From a virus, in the IMG/VR virus record IMGVR_UViG_3300026473_000477, positions 1 to 64,000 of that record: a stretch of DNA of 64,000 nucleotides. One strand, 5' to 3'. Shown here piece after piece: positions 27,482 through 37,274 of this stretch (positions are counted from its first letter, which is position 1; each line of letters opens with the position of its first letter). A program made the translations under genes and the position numbers. The notes beneath the pieces were generated by a model. The model saw nothing but the letters and a program-made list of their open reading frames with translations, had not been told where the DNA came from and made no database searches.

Positions 27482-29572
27482 ATGACAAATAAAAACGTAT
27501 CATTTTATGATCCAGGATTAGTAGTAAAAGATGTTCATGAGAAAGATGCTCATGCTATACGAACTTTTGAATCAAAGTCTGTCGTTACTGGAGCATTTAG
27601 TCATTTTGATATCACTTATAATGTTGACAATAATCCAGAAAAGATTGTTTACTATATTGGAAGAAGCCAACAATTAACTGAAGTTATCACACTTCCAGCC
27701 ACTAGTTTAAATAACAAATATTTTACAATCAGATTTAATCCTTCCAATAAGCTATTGGTAATTTGGTATAATCTTGACAATACTGGAACTCAGCCAGTAA
27801 TTCCTGACGCTGAATTTCTTGAAGTAAACATTGCCACTGGAGATTCATCTTCAATTGTAGCATTGGCTACAAAACTAGCTCTTGGAACTTTATCTCAATA
27901 TTTCCAAACAGATTTAACAAGAAATAATCTATCAATTAGAACGGTTCAAACTGGACTAGTGGACGACTCAACAGCTGGAACTAGTGGTTTTACTGTTGTT
28001 ACTACAGCTGGAACAGAAGAGATTGTTACAATTGTTGATCTAGATTATAATGGTCAGAATCCAATTTGGGAAGGTCAAGAATTAATTGACTATAAACTCA
28101 ATCCTTACACTGGATTATTTGAGCAAAATACGACTTATCAGAATGATTTAATAACTGATGAGCTTATAAAAGCCAATGAATCTTTAGATGCTATAGAAGC
28201 TGATACTGATTTAATTAGAATAGCAGTACAGTCTATTGATTTAGATTTTGATGTGCCGTTATCAACAAGGGCTACAGAAACTACTCAATTACAAAATAAA
28301 CAAGAATTAATTGATATTAATTTAGAATTAGATAATATTTCATTAATCTTGGAAACTTTTGACAGAGGTTACGGATTAGTAACAAATGAGACTTTAAGAA
28401 CTGCTGCTCAAATTGGAAATGCTACTGGAGCTGCTGACTTTAACGAAGGTGCTACTAGTGCGCAAACTTTAAGAACATCTTCCAACCAAGGATTACCAAA
28501 TACAATTGCTAACGCTTGGACTGTAAAGTTAACTGATGGAACTGATAACGTAATTTTTACTCCGGTTAAAGATGAATTACACTTTAATGGAAGTCAGTTT
28601 GGTTCTCCAAGTTTTGGACTAGATAGAAGTAATCCTAGAAAATGGCGACCTATTCAAGTTGATACTAATGGGTCAATTTCAGCACATGCTGTTAGAGCTG
28701 ATGGTGGAGAAGTAAGTTACGGTGCAGGGTCAACCGACTCTGGTACTCAACGTGTAACTGCAAATATAACAAGAAACGGAACTGAGCTTAGTTATAATAA
28801 TGGAACTTCTGATGCAAATACTCAAAGAGTTTCTGCAAATATAAAGCTAGAAGGAAATGCTCCAGATACGAATTACGGAGCAATTTCAGCTAATACAATA
28901 AGAGTGGCTTCTCAAGTTGGAAATGCAACAGGAGCAGCGGATTTTAATGCTGGAGTAACTGGAGCGCAAACTCCTAGAGTTACAGCTAACATTACCCGAA
29001 ATGGTACAGAATTAAGTTATAATGATGGAACTAGTGACGCAAATACTCAACGTGTCTCTGCCAATTTAACAAGAAATGGAACTCAGCTGAGTTATAATAT
29101 TGGAGCTGCTGATGCTAATACGATCAGAGTAGCATCACAATTACATAATGGAACTGCTTCAGCTGATTATAACGCTGGAATAACTGGAGCTAATACTTTA
29201 CGTACAGCTGCCAATGTTTATGGATTTGATGGAACTAATTTACGTCAAGTAAAAACTGACACTACTGGATCTGTTGAGACTTATAAGAATTTAAGATCAA
29301 TTACAGATGTAACCAAAACACTAGTGGCAAATACAGTTACTTTATGTGCTGTTGGAGCTTCTAACTTATCTGGAAGAAAATATCTTAAAATCGTAAATAA
29401 TGGAACTGTTGCAGCTTACATATCATCAAGAAACAACGTAACAACAACAGGTTCTACTAAAGGTGAGACTTTATTTCCAAATCAAGAAATAGTATTAGAA
29501 GTAACTGATGCGCAGAGTATATACATTATTTCAGCACTAGCTATTGAAATATTTATCCAAGAGGGATTATAA
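27482..29572 (+). CDS. Fibre/spike-like virion protein with ~25-aa internal repeats
   Basis: Repeats such as RVTANITRNGTELSYNNGTSDANTQ and QIGNATGAADFNxG; ATG 27482 preferred over GTG 27473. Confidence 0.7.
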   Translation: MTNKNVSFYDPGLVVKDVHEKDAHAIRTFESKSVVTGAFSHFDITYNVDNNPEKIVYYIGRSQQLTEVITLPATSLNNKYFTIRFNPSNKLLVIWYNLDNTGTQPVIPDAEFLEVNIATGDSSSIVALATKLALGTLSQYFQTDLTRNNLSIRTVQTGLVDDSTAGTSGFTVVTTAGTEEIVTIVDLDYNGQNPIWEGQELIDYKLNPYTGLFEQNTTYQNDLITDELIKANESLDAIEADTDLIRIAVQSIDLDFDVPLSTRATETTQLQNKQELIDINLELDNISLILETFDRGYGLVTNETLRTAAQIGNATGAADFNEGATSAQTLRTSSNQGLPNTIANAWTVKLTDGTDNVIFTPVKDELHFNGSQFGSPSFGLDRSNPRKWRPIQVDTNGSISAHAVRADGGEVSYGAGSTDSGTQRVTANITRNGTELSYNNGTSDANTQRVSANIKLEGNAPDTNYGAISANTIRVASQVGNATGAADFNAGVTGAQTPRVTANITRNGTELSYNDGTSDANTQRVSANLTRNGTQLSYNIGAADANTIRVASQLHNGTASADYNAGITGANTLRTAANVYGFDGTNLRQVKTDTTGSVETYKNLRSITDVTKTLVANTVTLCAVGASNLSGRKYLKIVNNGTVAAYISSRNNVTTTGSTKGETLFPNQEIVLEVTDAQSIYIISALAIEIFIQEGL

Positions 29573-30357
29573 TGTATTCTAATAAATCTCCACATTCTAG
29601 AGGAATGCCATTTGATAACTCATCAAACGGCTTTACTGCGATTATTAACCAAGATGCTATAGAAGAGGCTAAATTAACCAATCCAGCGTTTAAAACGCAT
29701 TTATTTGATGATTTTATTACTGGAACAATTAACTCTACTTTAGGTTGGGCACAAGCTGTAAATGCCACTGGAAGTTTTACTTTACCTGGGGTTGTTATTA
29801 ATTCTCCCGGAGTAATCGCTGCTAACGTGACTACTGGAACTTTACAGCCACAGGGATCAGCTAACTTCAATCTTGGAACAAATAATATTCAATTAGGTGG
29901 AGGTCAACTGACTTTCATGTGGAGAATTAATATTCCAGTTTTAGCAACAGCGGCTCAAGATTATAACGTACAGTTTGGTTTAGGTAACTTAACAGCTGGA
30001 GAATATACTTCTGGAGTTTATTTTAGATATAATAGAGCTACAAGTGCTAACTGGTTGATTGTTAGTGCCAATGCTGGAACAAGAACTACAACGATTACAA
30101 CTACTCCGGTCACAGCTAATACTTATTATGTTTTAAAAGCCGTGGTTAACGCTACTGCTACTAGTGTTGAATATTTCATTTCTACCAATAGCGGAGCTTT
30201 TGTGTCAGTTGGAACAATTACTACAAATATTCCAACCACTCCAGATATTGCACCAGCTTTGACTATGACTAATATTGCTGGAACTAACAATAAACAGACA
30301 CTTATAGACTTTTTTGAATTATTACAAGTATTTACAACAAAAAGGTATATCCCATGA
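29572..30357 (+). CDS. Beta-sandwich (ConA/LamG-like) virion protein
   Basis: Thr/Asn/Gly-rich beta protein, LFDDF and GVYFRY motifs, coupled to fibre gene. Confidence 0.55.
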   Translation: MYSNKSPHSRGMPFDNSSNGFTAIINQDAIEEAKLTNPAFKTHLFDDFITGTINSTLGWAQAVNATGSFTLPGVVINSPGVIAANVTTGTLQPQGSANFNLGTNNIQLGGGQLTFMWRINIPVLATAAQDYNVQFGLGNLTAGEYTSGVYFRYNRATSANWLIVSANAGTRTTTITTTPVTANTYYVLKAVVNATATSVEYFISTNSGAFVSVGTITTNIPTTPDIAPALTMTNIAGTNNKQTLIDFFELLQVFTTKRYIP

Positions 30358-30497
30358 AGTATTTATTAGTTATTGAAGATGTTCAATTTCATGAATTTCT
30401 GGACTTACTGGTATGTAAAGAATTTGCCACTAAATCTGGAAAAAACTATAAAATATATAAAATTGATCAAACTTTAATAGAAGAACGTAATATCTGA
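30354..30497 (+). CDS. Small hypothetical protein (47 aa), not in ORF track
   Basis: ATGA overlap with upstream stop; MKYLLVIEDVQFHEF... Confidence 0.5.
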   Translation: MKYLLVIEDVQFHEFLDLLVCKEFATKSGKNYKIYKIDQTLIEERNI

Positions 30498-30522
30498 TAC
30501 TTAGAAGATTTCATAAATATTT

Positions 30523-30544
30523 AATATTGCTATTATATGGTATA
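30523..30544 (+). promoter_or_regulatory. Putative late promoter motif copy 8
   Basis: AATATTGCTATTATATGGTATA. Confidence 0.72.
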
Positions 30545-30571
30545 GCAAAAATTCTGTAAGGAGAATTTACA

Positions 30572-30922
30572 ATGGAAGACATGAAGAAAAAAGCCAGAAT
30601 TGGTATGTTAAAAGAACTATCAAAAGAGATGGCAGATGGTCAGTATGGTGACTTGAAAGAGAAAATGGCAGGAAAACAGCTTAATAAAGTAACTGTTATG
30701 TCAGACTCTCCAGAAGGTCTAAAGAAAGGCTTGTCAAAAGCTGAAGAGATCATGAAAAAGAAGTCAGAACTAATGGGCGAATCTGAAGATTCTGATGAAG
30801 AAATGGAAGATGAAGCTGAAGAGATGGAGCAAGAAGAACCATCTGAAATGGAAGATGAGTCTCCAGAAGCTATCCAAGCTAAGATTGAAGAATTAAAAGC
30901 TAAATTAGCAAAATTATCTTAA
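30572..30922 (+). CDS. Small acidic/basic helical protein
   Basis: SD AAGGAG; E/D-rich tract. Confidence 0.75.
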   Translation: MEDMKKKARIGMLKELSKEMADGQYGDLKEKMAGKQLNKVTVMSDSPEGLKKGLSKAEEIMKKKSELMGESEDSDEEMEDEAEEMEQEEPSEMEDESPEAIQAKIEELKAKLAKLS

Positions 30923-30936
30923 TTTAAAGAGGTTGT

Positions 30937-32136
30937 ATGTCAAGCGTATTGACTACCGATAGATTGCTTAAAACAATCAAGCGTAGAGGTTTTATACCGA
31001 ACTCTCAAGAAAGCTTTACTGATGCTGACTTCTTGGAAATTGCCACTGAAGAAATGAACTTTGGTATTATTCCAATGATGATCAGAGCGCAAGAAGAACA
31101 TCTTGTCTATACAATTGATATTCCTTTTGAATTAGGTAAACGTAATTATGCTATTCCAACAAGAGCGCATGGTAATAAAGTCCGTGATGTCTCTTTGATT
31201 GATACTAATGGTAATATTTACGAAATGTTCAGATACTCAATTGATGAAATCCCTGACTTTAGTAAATCTAATTTTAGAACTGAAAGTAGAGGATTTTACA
31301 TTCAAAATAATGAAATTATTTTACTTGGAGAAGGTCAGCTTAGTTATAAAGCTTTAAGATTTTATATCTATCTCAGACCAAATGCTTTAGTTCCTTTTGA
31401 TAATGGTGGAGTTTCGACTTCTCTAACGTCAATATTTGAAACAGATAACTTGAACCCTTACAGTCAAGTTGCCACAAATATTGCTATTGGAGTTGATTCT
31501 ATTATAACTTTACCAACAACTGAAGGTTTGACTAGTGGAGACTTTGTTCTCATTACATCATCAAACTCTACTCCAAGTATTGATGGACTTAGAAGTGTAA
31601 CTGTGCTTTCTTCTACTCAAATAAAAGTAGAAGGAGTTAATGTTACTGTTGCTGGGACTAGTGCCAATGTCACTAAACAATTAGAATGCGTTAGTTTCTC
31701 ATTAGCTAAATTTCCTAAAAACTTTGCCATTGGTAGTCTTTATGATTTTACTCAAAAAGATTCTCCAAATAAGATTATTCATTGGGACGTTCCGGTAAAT
31801 ACAATTAATTTTAACGCTAAACAAATATCGTTTCCTAAGAGCCTAATCTCTAAAGTCCAACTTGGAGATTTTATTACTTTGGCTGAAGAAAGCATTGTTC
31901 CAAATATTCCAGTAGAACTACATCCGATACTGGCTCAAAGAGTTGCTATTGCTTGTTTAGAATCTATGGGAGATGAGCAAGGTAAGCAGTCAGCAGAAAG
32001 AAAGCTTAAAGAAATGGAAACAAGCGTAATGACGCTAATAGATAATAGAGTTGAAGCTGCCAATGTCAAAATTAAAAATAGACATGGAGTTCTTCAACAA
32101 GCAACAAGAAGTAGATTAAAAAGATATTCAAGATAA
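30937..32136 (+). CDS. Putative head-to-tail adaptor (P22 gp4-position protein with inserted domain)
   Basis: Helical N- and C-termini (VPNIPVELHPILAQRVA), position before tail hub. Confidence 0.55.
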   Translation: MSSVLTTDRLLKTIKRRGFIPNSQESFTDADFLEIATEEMNFGIIPMMIRAQEEHLVYTIDIPFELGKRNYAIPTRAHGNKVRDVSLIDTNGNIYEMFRYSIDEIPDFSKSNFRTESRGFYIQNNEIILLGEGQLSYKALRFYIYLRPNALVPFDNGGVSTSLTSIFETDNLNPYSQVATNIAIGVDSIITLPTTEGLTSGDFVLITSSNSTPSIDGLRSVTVLSSTQIKVEGVNVTVAGTSANVTKQLECVSFSLAKFPKNFAIGSLYDFTQKDSPNKIIHWDVPVNTINFNAKQISFPKSLISKVQLGDFITLAEESIVPNIPVELHPILAQRVAIACLESMGDEQGKQSAERKLKEMETSVMTLIDNRVEAANVKIKNRHGVLQQATRSRLKRYSR

Positions 32137-32145
32137 GGATGATTA

Positions 32146-35100
32146 ATGAGTAGTCTAACTTCGTCTCGTGGGTTAATTACAAACAGCTCTGAACTCACAA
32201 GAGCTGATGGGGCTTTAACTGAAGCTGATAATGTTGTTATTGATGCAGATAACGTAATTGAGCAAAGAAGAGGCTTTGGAGAGTATGGACAGCTCACTTT
32301 GGATAATACATACGTTAAACAAATTCTTGCTTACAAAAATAGCATATTTCGCCACTATTCATCCACACTCGAATATGATTCAGATGGTAATGGTAACTTT
32401 GTTGCATTTGATGGAGACTATTCTGAAGTAGTTTCTGGACTTAGAATAAAATCAGCTGAACTTAATGGTAACTTTTTCTTCACTACATCAGATGGTATTA
32501 AGAAAATATCAGCTTTATCTAACTCAGAGTTCACCTCTAATAGCGGATATATTACCACAGCTGGTGGAGTAAAAGCCACTAGTTTGATTTCTAAAATTAT
32601 GCCAGATGATTCTGGATTCTTACCAGCTCAATCTAAAGTTTCCTATAGGTTAGTTTGGGGAACAAAAGATGTAAATAATGTACTTGTTTTAGGTTCTCCA
32701 AGTTCGAGATCGATTGTCTCAAATACATCAAAAGATATTAATATTGGTGAATCGTTTCTAGTAAGCGTTATCAACTATACACTAATTACTGACGGCTCTT
32801 TCTTTACATTTGACACACCAAATAATAAATATGCTCCTTATTTTATAACGACTGCTATGACTCCAATCCCAGCTGATGCTCAGATTGTAAATAGACAGCT
32901 TGTTCCGATTGATATTCAAGGATTAACAACTAATGCACAAGTTGCTGCCAGAATTGGTACATCTTTGGCTGCTTTATCAGATATTAGCGTTGAAGTATCA
33001 GGAAATGATGTTACAGTTTCTAATAATGATGGAGGAGATGTCTTAGATGCTTCTCAAGGAAATGTTGCCATTGGTGCATTAACAGTTTCTACAGTATTTG
33101 ACGGACAGACATCAGCTGGAATTGCTGCTAATGTAGAACTTAGCTTCCAGATTCCAAGTAGAGTAAATACTAATTACTTTTATCAGCTATATAGAACTGC
33201 TTTCATTACAGCAGACGCTTCTCAATTACTTTCAGATATTGACCCAGGTGACGAACATCAGTTAGTTTACGAAGCTCCAATTACTGATGCTGACGTTACT
33301 AATGGATTTATCACAGTTACAGACATTACTCCAGATTCTTTTAGAGCTGGTAATGCTTTTCTTTACACAAATCCTGTCACTGGTGGAGGGATAATCTCAG
33401 CTAATGAAGCTCCTCCAATAGCTCAAGATATTGCTTTATTTAAAAACTCAATGTTCTTTGCTAATACAAAAGAATTACAAAGAAAGCAATTTAACTTACT
33501 TTCTGTTTCAGACTTCGTTTCTGGAATGTCTAAGCTTTACGTTGGGGATTCTAATATCTTCAGGTCTTACACTTTTGTAGGGACTAGTGAAATTACAGAC
33601 TTCACAGTTCAACCAAGATCAACAACAACAGCAAATTCTTATATTATTATAAATTCAGCTAATAATGAGAGAACTTATAAAGTATGGTTTGATACTGGTA
33701 TTGTGCCAATGGAGCCTATTGTTCCAAATACTATCTCTATTCGTGTTCCTCTTGCTCTCTATCCTGATACTAATGCTGGCTCGATACAAGCGTTTATAGA
33801 CGCATTTGAAGGCATTACAGACTTCTTCGTTGAAGATTTAATGGTAATGACTGGAGATCAAGTCAGAGTATCTTGTACTAATAATGGACCAGTTACCGAT
33901 CCAGTAAATTCTATGCCATCTTCTGGGTGGACATTTACTGTATTTCAACAAGGTACTGGAGAAAATCTTGCCACTGGTCAGATATTATTATCAGGTCTTG
34001 ACTCAGTAGGTCAGGCTGTAGAAGAAACAGCTAGAAGTATCGAAAGAGTTATTAATGCTGACCCAATGTCTCCAGTAAATGCTTATTATTTATCTGGACT
34101 TGATGATCTTCCGGGGATATTATTACTTGAGGCTAGAAGTCTTGAAAACTCAGCTTTCTATTTGGCAATTTCAGACGCTATCTTGTCAACTAAATTCAAT
34201 CCAAACTTACCAGTAAATAATACAATTACTGCGACAACTATTATGGGTAATTTATTTACCACTAGTGGAAACCATGGATACTTGGTTGGAAATCAGATTT
34301 ATCTAAATGACGGAGTAATGTATAAAGGCGTTTATAAAATAGCCACAGTACCGGCTCCAAATCAATTTACTGTTACTGGACTTATGATAACTGTTGATCA
34401 GACTATGCTAACTGGTGTATCTTACTTAACCACAGTAGGATCTGATAATTCAGTTAATCCTAATAGATTATATTTCTCTAAAATATTACAACCTGAAGCA
34501 GTTCCTCTGGTTAACTTTATTGACATTGGACCAAAAGATAAAGCTATCAGACGTATCTTAGCTTTAAGAGATTCATTGGTTGTTTTAAAAGACGATGGTG
34601 TTTATATTGTATCAGGTCCATCAGCTCCAAATTTCTCTGTACGACTAGTGGACAGTTCTGCCATTATTACTGCACCAGACACAGCTCAAAACCTCAATAA
34701 CTTAATTTACATGCTTTCTACGCAAGGTGTCGTAACAGCTTCCGAAACTGGAGTATCTGTTATCTCAAGAAATATTGAGAATAGAATTACTGAAGTTACT
34801 AATAACAAGTATAATTATAAAACTATTGGATTTGGTGTAACTTACGAATCTGACAGATCGTACATCATTTGGCTTCCAACTAAGGTAGCCGATGTTACTG
34901 CCACTCAAGCTTATAGGTATAATACGTTTACTAGAGCTTGGACTAGATGGGATAAGCCAGCTACTTGTGGACTTACAAATCCAGCTGATGATAAAATTTA
35001 TATTGGATCAGGTGATAATAGAAAGTTCGTCTTAAAAGAAAGAAAGAACTTTGAAAGACAAGATTATGCTGACAGAGATTTTACTAGATCATTTCTGAAT

Positions 35101-36447
35101 ACGTCTTTCTTAGTTGACGAATACATTCAGATTTCCAATATTCAGGATATTGAAGTTGGAGATACTCTTGTCCAACAACAGACATTAACTATAAATAAAT
35201 ATAATAGACTTTTAAAAAAGCTTGACAGAGATGAGTCTCAATATTTATCAGATAATTACTTTTCTGAGCTTAAAGCATCCAGAGGAAGTAATATGGCTGA
35301 AAGGCTTACACTACTGGCAGAAAAGCTTAACTTCGATTTAAATCCAGTTCCAACTGGTGCAAGCATTATCTGGAACAGTAAAACAGGTTACGTTAATGGT
35401 TTAAATGGAGGACTATCAACTGATGCTAACAGAGCTTCAGGTCCTCTTTATGATAATGTATTTGCTTCTGGATTTGGAGAAACTGGAGATTATTCTTTTG
35501 ACTTCTCTTTCCAAGGATTAAATACAGATGATGCCTTTGGAGTGTCAAATGATGGCTTCGCTGGATTTGATGGAATTATCCTAGCATCAGGTGGTACAGT
35601 GGCAGGAGTTCACATTAACGGACTGCTACAACCATTTACAGGATTGACTATTGTTGGTGTCAATACATTTAATATTGCTAGAGTATCTGGAACTGTTACG
35701 ATGACTTTGAATGGTAATGTTATTTTTACTGGAGCTGGTTCAGCTGGAATGATTAAATATCCTACAGCAAACCTTAGACCGGGATCACAGATAACGATGT
35801 CATCATCAGCAACAGCTGGCTCGAGCTTTAGTTTCACAATTCCTACTCCAAGTGGAATAAATAATCCAGCTGCTCACATGATTGATTTTAATAATATCAT
35901 TGAAGCTTTAAATGACCCAAACTCTGGGACTGGTTATAAAGACTATACTGAGCTTACATCTTACATTCCATTTGAAGGTAATATTGTTGGAATAGTTGGT
36001 AATCAGATTGCTATTCAATTGAATTATACTGACAACTTTATTGAGGGAGATTTCCAAGTTTATAAAGCAATCAGAGTGAATGTAGAATATGCTCCTCAAC
36101 ATTTTGGAACTCCAGAAGTCTTAAAACAGATTAATCAAGGTACTTTAATATTTGATCAGAGTAATTTTTATGGTGGAAATATTGCTTATGCTACTGACAG
36201 AGCGCAAGATTACATTGGAGTAAATTTCAATGGTCAAGGTCCAGGTTACTTTGGTGGATATAATTGGTCAGATGTTACTTGGGGAGGAGAGGGAACTGAA
36301 TATACAGTAAGAACTCTTATTCCAGTGGATAAGCAAAGATGTCGATATATTCATGTAAGATTTCAACATGCTTTTGCTTTAGATAAATTTAAATTATTGG
36401 GAATTTCTCTTGAACCAAGAAATAATTCTCCAAGAGCTTATAGGTAA
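32146..36447 (+). CDS. Tail hub / nozzle (P22 gp10 or T7 gp12-like beta-propeller) with large insertions
   Basis: GALTEADNVV..RRG N-terminus, NRLYFSK..PEA, AYRYNTFTRAWTRW. Confidence 0.7.
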   Translation: MSSLTSSRGLITNSSELTRADGALTEADNVVIDADNVIEQRRGFGEYGQLTLDNTYVKQILAYKNSIFRHYSSTLEYDSDGNGNFVAFDGDYSEVVSGLRIKSAELNGNFFFTTSDGIKKISALSNSEFTSNSGYITTAGGVKATSLISKIMPDDSGFLPAQSKVSYRLVWGTKDVNNVLVLGSPSSRSIVSNTSKDINIGESFLVSVINYTLITDGSFFTFDTPNNKYAPYFITTAMTPIPADAQIVNRQLVPIDIQGLTTNAQVAARIGTSLAALSDISVEVSGNDVTVSNNDGGDVLDASQGNVAIGALTVSTVFDGQTSAGIAANVELSFQIPSRVNTNYFYQLYRTAFITADASQLLSDIDPGDEHQLVYEAPITDADVTNGFITVTDITPDSFRAGNAFLYTNPVTGGGIISANEAPPIAQDIALFKNSMFFANTKELQRKQFNLLSVSDFVSGMSKLYVGDSNIFRSYTFVGTSEITDFTVQPRSTTTANSYIIINSANNERTYKVWFDTGIVPMEPIVPNTISIRVPLALYPDTNAGSIQAFIDAFEGITDFFVEDLMVMTGDQVRVSCTNNGPVTDPVNSMPSSGWTFTVFQQGTGENLATGQILLSGLDSVGQAVEETARSIERVINADPMSPVNAYYLSGLDDLPGILLLEARSLENSAFYLAISDAILSTKFNPNLPVNNTITATTIMGNLFTTSGNHGYLVGNQIYLNDGVMYKGVYKIATVPAPNQFTVTGLMITVDQTMLTGVSYLTTVGSDNSVNPNRLYFSKILQPEAVPLVNFIDIGPKDKAIRRILALRDSLVVLKDDGVYIVSGPSAPNFSVRLVDSSAIITAPDTAQNLNNLIYMLSTQGVVTASETGVSVISRNIENRITEVTNNKYNYKTIGFGVTYESDRSYIIWLPTKVADVTATQAYRYNTFTRAWTRWDKPATCGLTNPADDKIYIGSGDNRKFVLKERKNFERQDYADRDFTRSFLNTSFLVDEYIQISNIQDIEVGDTLVQQQTLTINKYNRLLKKLDRDESQYLSDNYFSELKASRGSNMAERLTLLAEKLNFDLNPVPTGASIIWNSKTGYVNGLNGGLSTDANRASGPLYDNVFASGFGETGDYSFDFSFQGLNTDDAFGVSNDGFAGFDGIILASGGTVAGVHINGLLQPFTGLTIVGVNTFNIARVSGTVTMTLNGNVIFTGAGSAGMIKYPTANLRPGSQITMSSSATAGSSFSFTIPTPSGINNPAAHMIDFNNIIEALNDPNSGTGYKDYTELTSYIPFEGNIVGIVGNQIAIQLNYTDNFIEGDFQVYKAIRVNVEYAPQHFGTPEVLKQINQGTLIFDQSNFYGGNIAYATDRAQDYIGVNFNGQGPGYFGGYNWSDVTWGGEGTEYTVRTLIPVDKQRCRYIHVRFQHAFALDKFKLLGISLEPRNNSPRAYR

Positions 36448-36486
36448 TTATTTAGTTTATATTCTAAAATAAACCATTAGGGATTT

Positions 36487-36894
36487 ATGCCAAAATTAAG
36501 TGATATTAGAAGAATTGTTCCAGAAGACTTTAGCCAAGAAGATCAAGATACTGCTCAGAGAATAGCTGGCAGTTATAATGAATTTGCTGATGAGCTTTAT
36601 GGAATAATTAATGGTAACTTAGATTTTGAAAACCTTTCCAGAAGAAAGATTCAAGTTGATTTAAATATTGGAAACAATGGATCTATTATTGGAACAAATG
36701 TTGTAATTACCAATCTTTCTTTTGTTTCTGGTATTAATGTTATTAAATTTGATAATCTTACTAATAATACAATCAGAGCAACTTCAGCTCCAGCCGTTTC
36801 ATTTACATATAACGGCTCAGGAAGATTTACAATTAATTACGTTATTGGACTTCCTACTGGAAAATGGAGACTGATATTAGAGGTTATACAGTAA
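36487..36894 (+). CDS. Small virion/tail protein
   Basis: Follows tail hub, same strand. Confidence 0.55.
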   Translation: MPKLSDIRRIVPEDFSQEDQDTAQRIAGSYNEFADELYGIINGNLDFENLSRRKIQVDLNIGNNGSIIGTNVVITNLSFVSGINVIKFDNLTNNTIRATSAPAVSFTYNGSGRFTINYVIGLPTGKWRLILEVIQ

Positions 36895-37130
36895 CTTATT
36901 GGCGTAGTTTTATCTATGTAGAAAGGAAGTCTACCTAGTAAAACCAATAACTTACTATGTTTGAGTGTTCAGTTAGAGGGTTTGCCAATTTAAGGCTGAA
37001 TGTCTTCATTTCCTATGGAAGCCTTCCGCTGGGTACTTAATCCTTGCTCGACACCCAGAAGTGCGTTTGTTTATCGGGACACCTGTATCGCTTTCGCTCT
37101 ATTTCACGGTCTTCGATAGGAAACTGCTTT
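36891..37130 (-). ncRNA. Structured non-coding RNA candidate 2, paralogue of 4428-4860
   Basis: Own promoter; TTTCCTAT/ATAGGAAA and GAAG/CTTC closing stem, GACCGTGAAATAGAG core, GC-GAAA-GC, CTGGGT/ACCCAG stem, long 3' hairpin; G-U pairs favour the - strand. Confidence 0.75.
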
Positions 37131-37135
37131 CTAAT

Positions 37136-37164
37136 AGTTTATCATAGGTGATTTACTTTGGCAA
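37136..37164 (-). promoter_or_regulatory. sigma70-type promoter for ncRNA 2
   Basis: TTGCCA-17-TAAACT with TGn. Confidence 0.65.
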
Positions 37165-37240
37165 GACTTAATATTAATGTAATTACAATGAGTTATAATT
37201 ATTTTTCAAAATATTTAATAATTTAGCCAAAAAAGCGTGT

Positions 37241-37261
37241 AATATCGCTATTATATGTATA
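37241..37261 (+). promoter_or_regulatory. Putative late promoter motif copy 9
   Basis: AATATCGCTATTATATGTATA. Confidence 0.75.
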
Positions 37262-37274
37262 GGAGTTTTATTTA

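Noticed and set aside
36935-37009. 24-aa ORF (MKTFSLKLANPLTEHSNIVSYWFY) inside ncRNA 2 as a type I toxin
   Set aside because: SD spacing poor, not hydrophobic, and no equivalent ORF in ncRNA 1; not fully excluded
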